IMG/VR virus record: IMGVR_UViG_3300035190_000190
Span: 11,123 to 75,122 of that record
Length of the DNA stretch: 64,000 nt
Direction: 5' to 3' (one strand)
Source of the DNA: a virus
Shown: positions 9,694 to 19,153 of the stretch, piece after piece
How the letters are laid out: each line of letters starts with the position of its first letter
Numbering within the stretch: position 1 is the stretch's first letter
Notes under the pieces: generated by a model
The model's database searches: none
Told to the model about the DNA's origin: nothing
What the model saw: only the letters and a program-made list of their open reading frames with translations
Translations under genes and position numbers: made by a program

Positions 9694-10829
9694 CATTAGA
9701 CCACACACAAACAATTTTTGATAATCAAACCTTAAATTATGACTTAGAAAAATATCCATTACCTGCTATAGTATTAGAAACTATTCAACAATTTTATCCA
9801 GATGCAACAACACTGGACACATTGCACGAAGTGGTGCCGGCAAATAAAATACAACAATTAATGGTTGACACCACACAGGCTTTACTTAAGAATAAATTTT
9901 ATGATTACTATGATACTATGATTCAAGATCAGATAGTATCAACGCTAGGCAAGGAAGTATTAATTCAAAAGTTTGGTAATCTTAGAATCCTACCACCAAA
10001 TCAAGACCAAATTGGAGCAGTATTGCTATTTCATCAAGGTCGGTGGGTGGGTAATGGGTTGGGTTTACGCACAATTTGGATGCCATTCACTGATTGCTAT
10101 GAAAGTAATAGCATGCAAATGTTAGATTTAGACATTAGTAGAAAAATTACTAGAGAATCTGTTATAGAGAAATGGAGTTATGAAAAATTACAACAAGTCT
10201 GTGTAGATAACTGTTGGCCGGTTACATTACAGCCAGGGCAGGCACACTTGTTTTTACAAGAACATATACACGGTAATATCCCCAATAGGACTAATAAAAC
10301 TAGAGTTAGTATCGATATAAGATTGTTAATAAAAGATGAGCAACCTCATCGTAAATGGCCAGGGGCATATTTCCGCAAATTATTCGATCGAGACTATTCC
10401 AAAACTATCCCAATCTTAGCACATGAAAAAGTATTAAATTATTGTGAATACGAAGGCGTTAAAACTAAACATATTGATCTATATTTTCAAACATTAGTAG
10501 TCAAATCCTATTGCCAAAAACGTGGATATACTTATCCGTATCAACATGGAGACAACGAAGGATTAAACTATGCGCATCTTGAGTATTTGATATCTAGCAA
10601 GAGTGCAGATCATTTATTATTGTTTAGTATTTTTAGTTTGCCAGATGATGCTGCACATCGTATAAGATTACTGACTACTGCATTAGATCTCGGTGTACGA
10701 ATACATCTGTGCAATGAAGAAATGGTATTAGAATCTTATGAAGATCTTGAAAAAATAGAATATATTCGAAACTTTACAAATGATTGGTCGACTCCAGTCG
10801 AACAGCTTAGTAAAGAATTGAATAATTAA
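9690..10829 (+). CDS. StrG-like/2OG-Fe(II) oxygenase fused to a carbohydrate-cluster-associated domain
   Basis: IWMPFT...HIHGNIPNRTNKTRVSIDIR jelly-roll end; distinct C-terminal domain (FSIFSLP...IHLCNE). Confidence 0.6.
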   Translation: MTLDHTQTIFDNQTLNYDLEKYPLPAIVLETIQQFYPDATTLDTLHEVVPANKIQQLMVDTTQALLKNKFYDYYDTMIQDQIVSTLGKEVLIQKFGNLRILPPNQDQIGAVLLFHQGRWVGNGLGLRTIWMPFTDCYESNSMQMLDLDISRKITRESVIEKWSYEKLQQVCVDNCWPVTLQPGQAHLFLQEHIHGNIPNRTNKTRVSIDIRLLIKDEQPHRKWPGAYFRKLFDRDYSKTIPILAHEKVLNYCEYEGVKTKHIDLYFQTLVVKSYCQKRGYTYPYQHGDNEGLNYAHLEYLISSKSADHLLLFSIFSLPDDAAHRIRLLTTALDLGVRIHLCNEEMVLESYEDLEKIEYIRNFTNDWSTPVEQLSKELNN

Positions 10830-10841
10830 TTATCAAATAGT

Positions 10842-10871
10842 TTGACTAGACCTAAATAATAGTGTTATACT
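10842..10871 (+). promoter_or_regulatory. sigma70-type promoter for folE, with TAAATA box in spacer
   Basis: TTGACT-18-TATACT. Confidence 0.6.
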
Positions 10872-10917
10872 AATATATCAGTCGCCAATATCCACTGGCT
10901 TAACATAGGAGCAATAA

Positions 10918-11619
10918 ATGTCAGAAATTAAATATGCAGTAAGCGAACGAATTCGCAGTAACTTAAAAGCGAAGAATAAACGCTTCTGGGCAGGTGACAA
11001 CGTATCTGAATATATCACTGAAGAAGATAAACAACTATTAATCAACGAAGCCACATTGGCTTTTGAAGGAGTGCTAGATGCACTACTAATTGACCGTGAA
11101 AATGATCCAAACTCAAAAGGCACAGCACGTAGACTTGCTAAGATGTACTATCATGAAATTATGGCAGGTAGATATGATCCGGCGCCAGATGCAACTGCAT
11201 TTCCAAATGATAGCACGGATCGCTATGAAGGTATGCTAGTGGTACGTAGTGAACTGCGTAGTATGTGTAGTCATCATCATCAACCAGTTAAAGGTGTAGC
11301 CTATATTGGTATTATTGCTGCACAAAAACTAATTGGACTTAGTAAGTATACACGTATCGCGCAATGGTGTGCTACACGTGGCACATTACAAGAAGAATTA
11401 TGTAATGATATTTCAAGAGAGATTATGAAGGCTACGGGCAGTAATGATGTTGCTGTATATATTCAAGCAACACATGGTTGCTGTGAGAATCGTGGTATTT
11501 TAGCACATAGCTCGCTCACACAAACTACAGTACTCAAAGGTGCATTTAATAATGACCCAGGTACTAAACAAGAATTCTTTGATAATGTAAAACTTCAACA
11601 ACAGTTTGCACCACGATAG
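10918..11619 (+). CDS. folE: GTP cyclohydrolase I
   Basis: SMCSHH, IGLSKYTRI, LQEEL, HGCCENRG. Confidence 0.95.
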   Translation: MSEIKYAVSERIRSNLKAKNKRFWAGDNVSEYITEEDKQLLINEATLAFEGVLDALLIDRENDPNSKGTARRLAKMYYHEIMAGRYDPAPDATAFPNDSTDRYEGMLVVRSELRSMCSHHHQPVKGVAYIGIIAAQKLIGLSKYTRIAQWCATRGTLQEELCNDISREIMKATGSNDVAVYIQATHGCCENRGILAHSSLTQTTVLKGAFNNDPGTKQEFFDNVKLQQQFAPR

Positions 11620-11628
11620 GGAATAGTT

Positions 11629-11970
11629 ATGAAATGGTTAGATAATTGGATTCAGCGTTGCTACAACCGTGCTCGTGAGTGTGATGAACTTATTGAAGTT
11701 GATGATTGGGATGAACCAAAACGTAGTCGTCGTGGGCGCCTTAGTAAAGGAGGGCCTATTAGTGCTGGCACACGCAGAGTAGAGCATAACTATGATGATG
11801 ACAGTGTTATTACTTTTAAAATCTACGGCGCTAATGGTGGTAAGATTGTAGAAACATCACGCTGGGATGAAAAGAAAGATAACGAAAGTATTAGACGTTA
11901 TGTCATTGACGAGAACGCAGATATGGCAGAAAGTTTAAGCAAGATTGTTACTATGGAGTATATGCGATGA
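11629..11970 (+). CDS. hypothetical protein
   Basis: 113-aa ORF coupled to next gene by ATGA. Confidence 0.7.
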   Translation: MKWLDNWIQRCYNRARECDELIEVDDWDEPKRSRRGRLSKGGPISAGTRRVEHNYDDDSVITFKIYGANGGKIVETSRWDEKKDNESIRRYVIDENADMAESLSKIVTMEYMR

Positions 11971-12464
11971 ATAATGTTGAAAAAGTTTATTACGATGACG
12001 TACACATCAAAGAAATGATTGGTAATATCACCATGCAAATGCATCGTGGCGGTGTATGGAAACCTGATTACATTGTCGGACTAACACGTGGCGGATTAAT
12101 TCCAGCAGTGTATCTAAGTCATTATCTTAATGTTCCAATGGAAACGTTAAAAGTAAGTTTGCGTGATAATGCAGATACTGAAAGTAATTGCTGGATGGCC
12201 GAAGATGCATACAATGGCAAAAACATTCTTATCGTAGATGATATCAACGACACAGGTGCTACACTAGATTGGATTATTAACGATTGGCAAAGTAGCTGTC
12301 ATCCCTCTGATGCGCATTGGTCGAATGTTTGGGGTAATACTGTGAAATTTGCTGTGCTAGTTGATAATTTAAGCAGTAACTTTAGTCGTACTGTAGACTA
12401 TTCAGCTAAAGAGATTAACAAAGCAGACAAGGATGTATGGATTGTTTATCCATGGGAAAGGTAG
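11967..12464 (+). CDS. type I phosphoribosyltransferase (xanthine/guanine PRT-like)
   Basis: VGLTRGGLIPA, ILIVDDINDTGAT PRPP loop, WIVYPWE. Confidence 0.9.
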   Translation: MNNVEKVYYDDVHIKEMIGNITMQMHRGGVWKPDYIVGLTRGGLIPAVYLSHYLNVPMETLKVSLRDNADTESNCWMAEDAYNGKNILIVDDINDTGATLDWIINDWQSSCHPSDAHWSNVWGNTVKFAVLVDNLSSNFSRTVDYSAKEINKADKDVWIVYPWER

Positions 12465-12468
12465 TAAT

Positions 12469-13674
12469 ATGTCTTATACGTATTATATATCTTCTTTCAG
12501 TTACTGTATCCATCCGGCAATTTACAAAGAATGGGCTACACTATACCTAAGTAACAAAATTAAAAAAATTAAAACTCCCATTGATCAAACTGAGGTGATA
12601 TTAAGTTATTGGATGGAATCTGAAATGTATATCGAAGAAACTATCGAAATTATCAAATCTTATAATTTTAAAAAAATTACAATAATAGCGGACTTTAGTC
12701 AAAAATCTAAATGTGATCTAATAGATGGAATCGATGTTACTTATTTAAATATATATCCATTGATATTAAAAAATATGCAATCTCAACACCAAGAAGAACC
12801 ACGGTGGAATCCATGTTTAGTTAAGGGATTATTGCTTGCAGGTGCTCACATTGTACGTACAAATCGAATAGTATTATTAAAAAAATTATATGATAAACAG
12901 CAATTACTAATAGATAAAATAATGTGGACCTGTCCGCATATTAAAAAATACTCCGAGGAGTTGACTAACATATTTTTTCCTAATATTAATCGCAGCGAAG
13001 TTGATAATTTTATTAATTATTGTGATGAACAGTCAGTATTTATACCCGGATTCTTTGTGAATAACGCTAACTACGAAGAAGCCAATGAATTTGCATCAAC
13101 TCAAGAAGGCGATGCACTTGCTGACTTGTTTAAACAAACAAATTTTAGTATTGTAACGGAAAGTGAATACCTTAGTCCTGATATCGACAATAGTGAATTT
13201 TTTACAGAAAAAATCTACAGAGCAATTTATAATAAACATCCATTTATTTTAGTTGGGGCGCCAAAATGTTTATCTGCTTTAAAAGCAATGGGATTTAAAA
13301 CATTTGAAAATTATTTACCAATACCAGAATATGATAATATTTTAGATCTATTTCCAAGATTAGATGCTATAGTAGATAACATTGTGGCATTTCCCGATGC
13401 CATAGCACAGTATAGTAGTAATATAAATGATGATATTGACTATAATTATGCTCTATTAAATGATAATATGAATAGAGATTTAACATTCTTGAATAATTTA
13501 TGTATTAAAAAAAATCTACCCGTTGATACATTTGAGTTCTGTTTCCCTGTTAATTGGAGTGATATCAAAAAACAGATTGCAAGTGTAAAAGAATTTAATC
13601 GGCAATCTCAAGAATTAATAGCAGAAAGAATATTGACTTCAAAGTATAAAAAGTATATTGACTTTAAAATATAA
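12469..13674 (+). CDS. AT-rich hypothetical protein with GT10-like C-terminal region
   Basis: FSIVTES...FFTEKIYRAI...PFILVG...GFKTF. Confidence 0.5.
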   Translation: MSYTYYISSFSYCIHPAIYKEWATLYLSNKIKKIKTPIDQTEVILSYWMESEMYIEETIEIIKSYNFKKITIIADFSQKSKCDLIDGIDVTYLNIYPLILKNMQSQHQEEPRWNPCLVKGLLLAGAHIVRTNRIVLLKKLYDKQQLLIDKIMWTCPHIKKYSEELTNIFFPNINRSEVDNFINYCDEQSVFIPGFFVNNANYEEANEFASTQEGDALADLFKQTNFSIVTESEYLSPDIDNSEFFTEKIYRAIYNKHPFILVGAPKCLSALKAMGFKTFENYLPIPEYDNILDLFPRLDAIVDNIVAFPDAIAQYSSNINDDIDYNYALLNDNMNRDLTFLNNLCIKKNLPVDTFEFCFPVNWSDIKKQIASVKEFNRQSQELIAERILTSKYKKYIDFKI

Positions 13675-13680
13675 AAAGTA
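13631..13680 (+). repeat. 25-bp tandem duplication (23/25 identical) of the queE promoter -35/spacer
   Basis: tattgacttcaaagtataaaaagta / tattgactttaaaatataaaaagta. Confidence 0.85.
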
Positions 13681-13686
13681 TATAAT
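13658..13686 (+). promoter_or_regulatory. sigma70-type promoter for queE (likely leaderless)
   Basis: TTGACT-17-TATAAT, ATG 5 nt after the -10. Confidence 0.75.
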
Positions 13687-13691
13687 AAATT

Positions 13692-14540
13692 ATGAAACTA
13701 AAAATCAGTGAGATATTTTATAGTGCGCAAGGCGAAGGACGTTTTATCGGCGTTCCGTCGTTATTTCTGCGTACATTTGGCTGTAACTTTACCTGCGGTG
13801 GGTTCGGTATGCCTCGCGGCGAAGTTAGTACAGAGCGCAACATAATCAAAGTTGAGCAGTATAAGACGTATAATGATTTGCCACTTGTTAATACAGGGTG
13901 CGACAGTTATGCAAGCTGGGATCCAAGGTTCAAAAGCCTGAGTCCATTGTTATCAGTAGATGAAACAGTTAAGCAAATGCTCGATGTTGTTCCCAATAAC
14001 AATTGGCAACAAGCAAATGGTAATAATGTGCATTTGGTTATCACAGGTGGTGAGCCATTATTAGGCTGGCAACGTGCGTTTCCTAAATTATTAGCACATG
14101 ATGATATGTTTAACTTGCTTAACTTAACATTTGAAACAAACGGCACACAGGCATTACACGAGGACTTTGCGGCATACTTGAAGCTGTGGAAAAGACAAGC
14201 ACGTGAGATTACATTTAGTGTAAGTCCAAAGTTAAGTGCCAGTGGCGAAACATGGGAAGATGCTATCAAGCCTGCGATTGTGGCAAGTTATGAGAAGGTT
14301 GGTACAACCTATCTTAAGTTTGTTATTGAAACACCCAGCGACTTCGATGAAGTTGATCGTGCAGTAACGGCATATAGAACGGCAGGCTTTATAGGTATGG
14401 TTTACGTTATGCCAGTTGGTGGTGTTGTCAGTGTATATGATGGTAACAAGTTCCATATCGCAGACGAAGCTATGAAGCGTGGTTATTATTACAGTCCCAG
14501 ATTACATGTTGATCTATGGGGCAATAGTTGGGGCAAATGA
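13692..14540 (+). CDS. queE: 7-carboxy-7-deazaguanine synthase (radical SAM)
   Basis: EIFYSAQGEG, FLRTFGCNFTC...GCDS, ITGGEP, ETNGT, SVSPKL, PRLH. Confidence 0.92.
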   Translation: MKLKISEIFYSAQGEGRFIGVPSLFLRTFGCNFTCGGFGMPRGEVSTERNIIKVEQYKTYNDLPLVNTGCDSYASWDPRFKSLSPLLSVDETVKQMLDVVPNNNWQQANGNNVHLVITGGEPLLGWQRAFPKLLAHDDMFNLLNLTFETNGTQALHEDFAAYLKLWKRQAREITFSVSPKLSASGETWEDAIKPAIVASYEKVGTTYLKFVIETPSDFDEVDRAVTAYRTAGFIGMVYVMPVGGVVSVYDGNKFHIADEAMKRGYYYSPRLHVDLWGNSWGK

Positions 14541-14740
14541 TAGAAACAAAGAAAAGAACCATAGTTAGAATGCTTACCTATAGGCTCACAGCATGGTTAT
14601 TTACAATCTTTTGGACTTGGTTAATTATGGGTGACTTAGCAACATCGACAGGATTTGCTACTATACTACATCTATTATTAAGTATCGATTATTATGTACA
14701 CGAACGTATGTGGTTAAAAATTAAATGGGGTATGAGATGA
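14537..14740 (+). CDS. small membrane protein, DUF2061-like
   Basis: ETKKRTIVRMLTYR...YYVHERMWLKIKWG. Confidence 0.7.
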   Translation: MIETKKRTIVRMLTYRLTAWLFTIFWTWLIMGDLATSTGFATILHLLLSIDYYVHERMWLKIKWGMR

Positions 14741-15834
14741 GTTATCTATTTACAAGTGAAAGTGTTAGTGAAGGACATCCAGATAAAGTAGCAGATGCTA
14801 TCAGTGATGCTATCTTAGATTTAGCCATGTACGGCGAAAATGTAAGTGTGCGCTGTGCCTGTGAAACATTAGTCACTACCAATCGTGTTATCGTTGCTGG
14901 AGAATATAAAAATGTTACGCTTCATCCTGAAGAAGTCGAAAGTGTCATACGCAAAACGATTAAAGAAATTGGCTACGAACAAACAGGGTTTGATTGGCGT
15001 ACAGTTGAAATCACAAATTTATTACATGGGCAAAGTGCGGACATTGCACTAGGCACAGACACATTTGGTGCAGGTGATCAAGGACTTATGTTTGGTTATG
15101 CGACTAATGCTACACCAAACTACATGCCGCCAGCAATTTACTGGAGTCACAAGATTGTAGAAGAACTAGCAAATCGCCGCAAAAACTTTGGTGCTACTTG
15201 GCTTGGTCCAGATGCTAAAAGTCAAATAACAATAGAATTCAATGATGATGGCACAGTAAATCATATTGCTAAAATTGTATGCAGTACACAGCACACAGAA
15301 GAATTCAATATTCATGAAATTCGGGCGGCTGTTCATACTATTATTACTGATGTTATACCTCCTACCCTATTCAAAGCCGATACAGAGATACTTATCAACC
15401 CAACTGGCAGATTCGTTATTGGCGGACCAGATGGTGATACTGGATTAACTGGACGTAAGATTATTGTTGATACCTATGGTGGTAGTTGCCCCCATGGCGG
15501 TGGTGCTTTTAGCGGCAAAGATCCTACTAAAGTTGACCGCAGTGCTGCCTACATGGCTCGTTACCTAGCTAAAAACATTGTAGCTAGTGGTCGTGCTAAT
15601 TGGGCAACTGTACAATTAGCCTATGCCATTGGTGTAGAACAACCAATGAGTGTTTATGTCGATAGTGATGGAAATAATACCGAACTAACCGAGTGGATAA
15701 CTACTAATGTAGACCTAACTCCTAGAGGCATTATTAACAGATTTAAACTGTTCCGCCCTATTTACAGTAGTACAACTAATTACGGACACTTTGGTAAGGA
15801 TGGTTTACCATGGGAAGAGTTAGATTTATTTTAA
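14737..15834 (+). CDS. metK: S-adenosylmethionine synthetase
   Basis: FTSESVSEGHPDK, GAGDQG, GGGAFSGKDPTKVDRS. Confidence 0.97.
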   Translation: MSYLFTSESVSEGHPDKVADAISDAILDLAMYGENVSVRCACETLVTTNRVIVAGEYKNVTLHPEEVESVIRKTIKEIGYEQTGFDWRTVEITNLLHGQSADIALGTDTFGAGDQGLMFGYATNATPNYMPPAIYWSHKIVEELANRRKNFGATWLGPDAKSQITIEFNDDGTVNHIAKIVCSTQHTEEFNIHEIRAAVHTIITDVIPPTLFKADTEILINPTGRFVIGGPDGDTGLTGRKIIVDTYGGSCPHGGGAFSGKDPTKVDRSAAYMARYLAKNIVASGRANWATVQLAYAIGVEQPMSVYVDSDGNNTELTEWITTNVDLTPRGIINRFKLFRPIYSSTTNYGHFGKDGLPWEELDLF

Positions 15835-15843
15835 GGATATATT

Positions 15844-16275
15844 ATGTGGAAAAAAATTAAAGCATCATTAGGATTAAACAAAGCAGAGTTGGCTGCAGAA
15901 GCCGAAGCTAAGGCATTAGCCGCACTTGAAGCTGCAGCTAAACGTGCAGAAGCCAAAGCCAAAGCCAAAGTTAAAGTAGTATCAGCCAAAGATGAAGCAA
16001 CTGCAAAAAATGAACCTTGGGTAGAAATTATTGGCATGGAAATAGATGAAAAGGATCCAGGACAAGGTGCGTTTGAACTTGATTGGAATGACATATTTGT
16101 TGCTAAATTAGTTCGTGCGGGCTATCAGGGCAAAACAGACCAAGACATTGTAGATAATTGGTTTAAAACTGTATGTCGCAATGTAGTTACAGAAACATAC
16201 GAACAGGATCAAGCTGATCCTGAAAAACGCAGTAATCGACGTGATCTAGGTAATGGCAGAACGGAAGTATCTTGA
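15844..16275 (+). CDS. hypothetical protein with Ala/Lys-rich N-terminus
   Basis: AAGGA SD; 143 aa. Confidence 0.75.
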   Translation: MWKKIKASLGLNKAELAAEAEAKALAALEAAAKRAEAKAKAKVKVVSAKDEATAKNEPWVEIIGMEIDEKDPGQGAFELDWNDIFVAKLVRAGYQGKTDQDIVDNWFKTVCRNVVTETYEQDQADPEKRSNRRDLGNGRTEVS

Positions 16276-17000
16276 TAATATATGTAAATGGTGATAGTCA
16301 TAGTGCAGGAGCAGAGGCAGCAAATGCCTTTTGTTTTTTATCCGATGACCCTGCTATGGAGTGGGATCATTACGATATTACGCAAACAGCCGCTGGTCGT
16401 GTTCCGCACCCAGATAATATTCGAGTTAGCTACGGACAACAAGTAGCAGATTACTACAATGCCACCTTAGTGTGCAATGCAGAAAGTGGTAGTAGTAATC
16501 AACGTATCATACGAACTACACACGCCTACTTAGAAAATAATCCTGCCCCAGATTTAATAATAATTGGTTGGGCAACCTGGGAACGAGAAGAATTCTTTAT
16601 CGATGGATATTGGCATCAATTTAGCGCAAATATGGGTATTGATAAATTATCAGCAGACGCCATTGCCATTTATAAAAATTGGGTATTAGATCGACATAGT
16701 GTACAACAGTATTGCGATCAAGCTCAATTAGATATATGGAATTTACATCAGCATCTACTTACTAATAATATTCCGCATCTATTCTTCAATACATTTAGTG
16801 GATTAACTCCTTCTAATAAATTAGATTGGAGTAATAGCTATTATGAACCATACAATCACACACAAACATTTTTTAAATTATTAGCTAATTGGGGATTCCA
16901 AACTGTATCTCCAACCAGCTATCACTATGGTGTAGATGCGCATCAAGCATGGTCAAATCACTTGACAAAACTTATAAATGAAAGTATAATAGCTACATGA
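16272..17000 (+). CDS. SGNH/GDSL-like protein
   Basis: NGDSH, GSSN, IIIGW..WER, C-terminal YHY...AH. Confidence 0.6.
   Translation: MIIYVNGDSHSAGAEAANAFCFLSDDPAMEWDHYDITQTAAGRVPHPDNIRVSYGQQVADYYNATLVCNAESGSSNQRIIRTTHAYLENNPAPDLIIIGWATWEREEFFIDGYWHQFSANMGIDKLSADAIAIYKNWVLDRHSVQQYCDQAQLDIWNLHQHLLTNNIPHLFFNTFSGLTPSNKLDWSNSYYEPYNHTQTFFKLLANWGFQTVSPTSYHYGVDAHQAWSNHLTKLINESIIAT
16962..16990 (+). promoter_or_regulatory. consensus sigma70 promoter for RNase H (likely leaderless)
   Basis: TTGACA-17-TATAAT, ATG 6 nt downstream. Confidence 0.8.
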
Positions 17001-18016
17001 GATATTTAATCGTAGACGCAGCAAACACATTCTTTAGAGCCCGACACAGTGCCCATCGTCAAAGCGACACATGGGATAAGTTGGGCTTTGCCATTCACGT
17101 TACGTTAGCTAGTATTAACAAAGCATGGCGCGATCAAAAAGCGGATCATGTTATTGTCTGCTTAGAAGGACGTAGTTGGCGTAAAGACTTTTACACTCCA
17201 TATAAAGCCAATCGCGCTGTGGCACGGGCGGCTAAGACTGAAGCAGAGCAAGAAGAAGAACAGATGTTCTGGGACGCTTTTGATGCTATGAAAACATTCC
17301 TAGCTGAAAAGACTAACTGCACAGTATTGCAACATGCAAACTTAGAAGCAGATGATTTAGTAGCAGGTTGGATTCAAACTCATCCTACCGATCACCATAC
17401 TATTGTATCAAGCGATACAGACTTTTATCAACTCTTAAGTGAGAATGTTAATCAGTACAATGGTATTAGTGATGAATTGCACACGCTTACTGGTATATAC
17501 GATAAGAAAGGTAAACTAGTTATCGATAAGAAAACTAAAGAGCCCAAGAAGATTCCAGACCCCAAATTCATCTTATTTGAAAAGTGTATGCGTGGTGACC
17601 CTACAGATAATATCTTTAGTGCTTATCCTGGTGTGCGTACTAAAGGTACTAAGAATAAAGTTGGTCTAGAAGAAGCGTTTGCTGACAAAGATAAACAGGG
17701 ATATGCTTGGAATAATCTTATGCTACAACGATGGACCGACCATAATGGTGATGAGCATCGTGTGCTAGATGATTATCAGCGTAATGTACAACTAGTAGAC
17801 TTAGCCGCTCAACCAGATGAATACAAGGTTAAAATTGAAGAAACTATTAAGACTAATGCAACGGCACTTAATCGTCCAATGGTGGGTGCGCAGTTCTTAA
17901 AGTTTTGTGGCAAATATGATCTAGTTAAACTAAGCGACAATGCTAGCAATATGGCAGAATGGATGACGGCTAGTTACCCTGCACAAGCAGTAACATTGTA
18001 TCATTTAATTAATTAG
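16997..18016 (+). CDS. rnh: T4 RNase H-like 5'-3' exonuclease
   Basis: LIVDAAN, WRKDFYTPYKANR, EADD, SSDTDF, GDPTDNI. Confidence 0.9.
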   Translation: MRYLIVDAANTFFRARHSAHRQSDTWDKLGFAIHVTLASINKAWRDQKADHVIVCLEGRSWRKDFYTPYKANRAVARAAKTEAEQEEEQMFWDAFDAMKTFLAEKTNCTVLQHANLEADDLVAGWIQTHPTDHHTIVSSDTDFYQLLSENVNQYNGISDELHTLTGIYDKKGKLVIDKKTKEPKKIPDPKFILFEKCMRGDPTDNIFSAYPGVRTKGTKNKVGLEEAFADKDKQGYAWNNLMLQRWTDHNGDEHRVLDDYQRNVQLVDLAAQPDEYKVKIEETIKTNATALNRPMVGAQFLKFCGKYDLVKLSDNASNMAEWMTASYPAQAVTLYHLIN

Positions 18017-18027
18017 AAAGGCAAACC

Positions 18028-18558
18028 ATGCAGATTAATGTAAATTGGAATATTATTCCTACCCATACCATCGATGTATCTACTATCGAAGTTCCGTACG
18101 ATATTTCCTTAATTATGAAGGCATTTGGTATAGATAGATACTGCTATCAAATTATGTGCAAGGGAATTGTTATCAAATACGGTATGAGTGCTGACAATAG
18201 TAGAAACTATGGTGAGCGATTATATAGACAAATTGGCCATAGTAAGAGCTGGGGCAGCAAGCGACTAAACGGATCTAGTGGGGCAGACTGGCGTATTATC
18301 GAAGAAGACTTTTTAGATCTATATAAGTTTCCCATTGACAAAGATCATATCAAGATCAAAATTTGGGATTTAACTAATTATCCCTTTGTTACTATTAATC
18401 CCTGGGACGAGGTTAATGCTATAGAAGCACAGTTAATTGATGCGTATGTTGCTGCCGTTGGTGAAAAACCAATTGGTAATATTAACGATGAAGCAAATAT
18501 AGTACGCAAGGCAGGCATTAGACTCGATACAATGAATCATTTATTTGAAATTTTTTAG
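18028..18558 (+). CDS. hypothetical protein, possible divergent GIY-YIG nuclease
   Basis: YCY...IKYGMS...ERL...IEAQLI...PIGN spacing resembles GIY-YIG. Confidence 0.45.
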   Translation: MQINVNWNIIPTHTIDVSTIEVPYDISLIMKAFGIDRYCYQIMCKGIVIKYGMSADNSRNYGERLYRQIGHSKSWGSKRLNGSSGADWRIIEEDFLDLYKFPIDKDHIKIKIWDLTNYPFVTINPWDEVNAIEAQLIDAYVAAVGEKPIGNINDEANIVRKAGIRLDTMNHLFEIF

Positions 18559-19153
18559 AAAGTATATTTTGATAGAAAAATCACAGAAGTTCCTAGCGTT
18601 AGACTTAGAATTAAACCAACCTAGTGGTAAAATCATTCAGGTTGGCGTTGCCATTGGTAGTGCAAATGATAAGTTTGAAAATTACATAACTAAGAAATGG
18701 TATATTGATCCAAACGAACCAATTGATCAATTTATCATTGACCTAACTGGTATTACTGATCACGACATTAGATTAAACTGTGTAAGTCATGTTACAGTTG
18801 CACGTGAACTTAGTGACTTAATTAAACAGCACAACACTTGGATTAATCCGATCACTTGGGGTGGTGGAGATAGTAGAGAACTACTAGATGAGTTCTGCAA
18901 AAACTATGCTGATTTTCCACACTTTGGTCGCAGATGGATTGATTGTAAAACTTTCTATACGTTTATGATGTTTGCACGTGGTAAGAATCCTAGTGGTGGG
19001 CTTGCTAGTGCTATGGGCACGTTTAAACTACAGTTCAAAGGCACAGCGCACAGAGCAGACATTGACGCAGTTAATACATTGGCTTTGTTCTTTAAGTTCC
19101 TCGAACGACAACGTGGTCTTGAAAACTTATTACATGATGCAAGAGCTATATAA
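18545..19153 (+). CDS. DEDDh 3'-5' exonuclease
   Basis: LDLE, LTGI, WGGGD, AHRADIDA; exact start uncertain. Confidence 0.85.
   Translation: MKFFRKYILIEKSQKFLALDLELNQPSGKIIQVGVAIGSANDKFENYITKKWYIDPNEPIDQFIIDLTGITDHDIRLNCVSHVTVARELSDLIKQHNTWINPITWGGGDSRELLDEFCKNYADFPHFGRRWIDCKTFYTFMMFARGKNPSGGLASAMGTFKLQFKGTAHRADIDAVNTLALFFKFLERQRGLENLLHDARAI

Noticed and set aside
10872-10917. Possible preQ1 riboswitch in the folE leader
   Set aside because: No recognisable preQ1 stem-loop or A-rich tail; the leader is short.
15890-15975. gccaaa-type short repeats
   Set aside because: Explained by Ala/Lys low-complexity coding.
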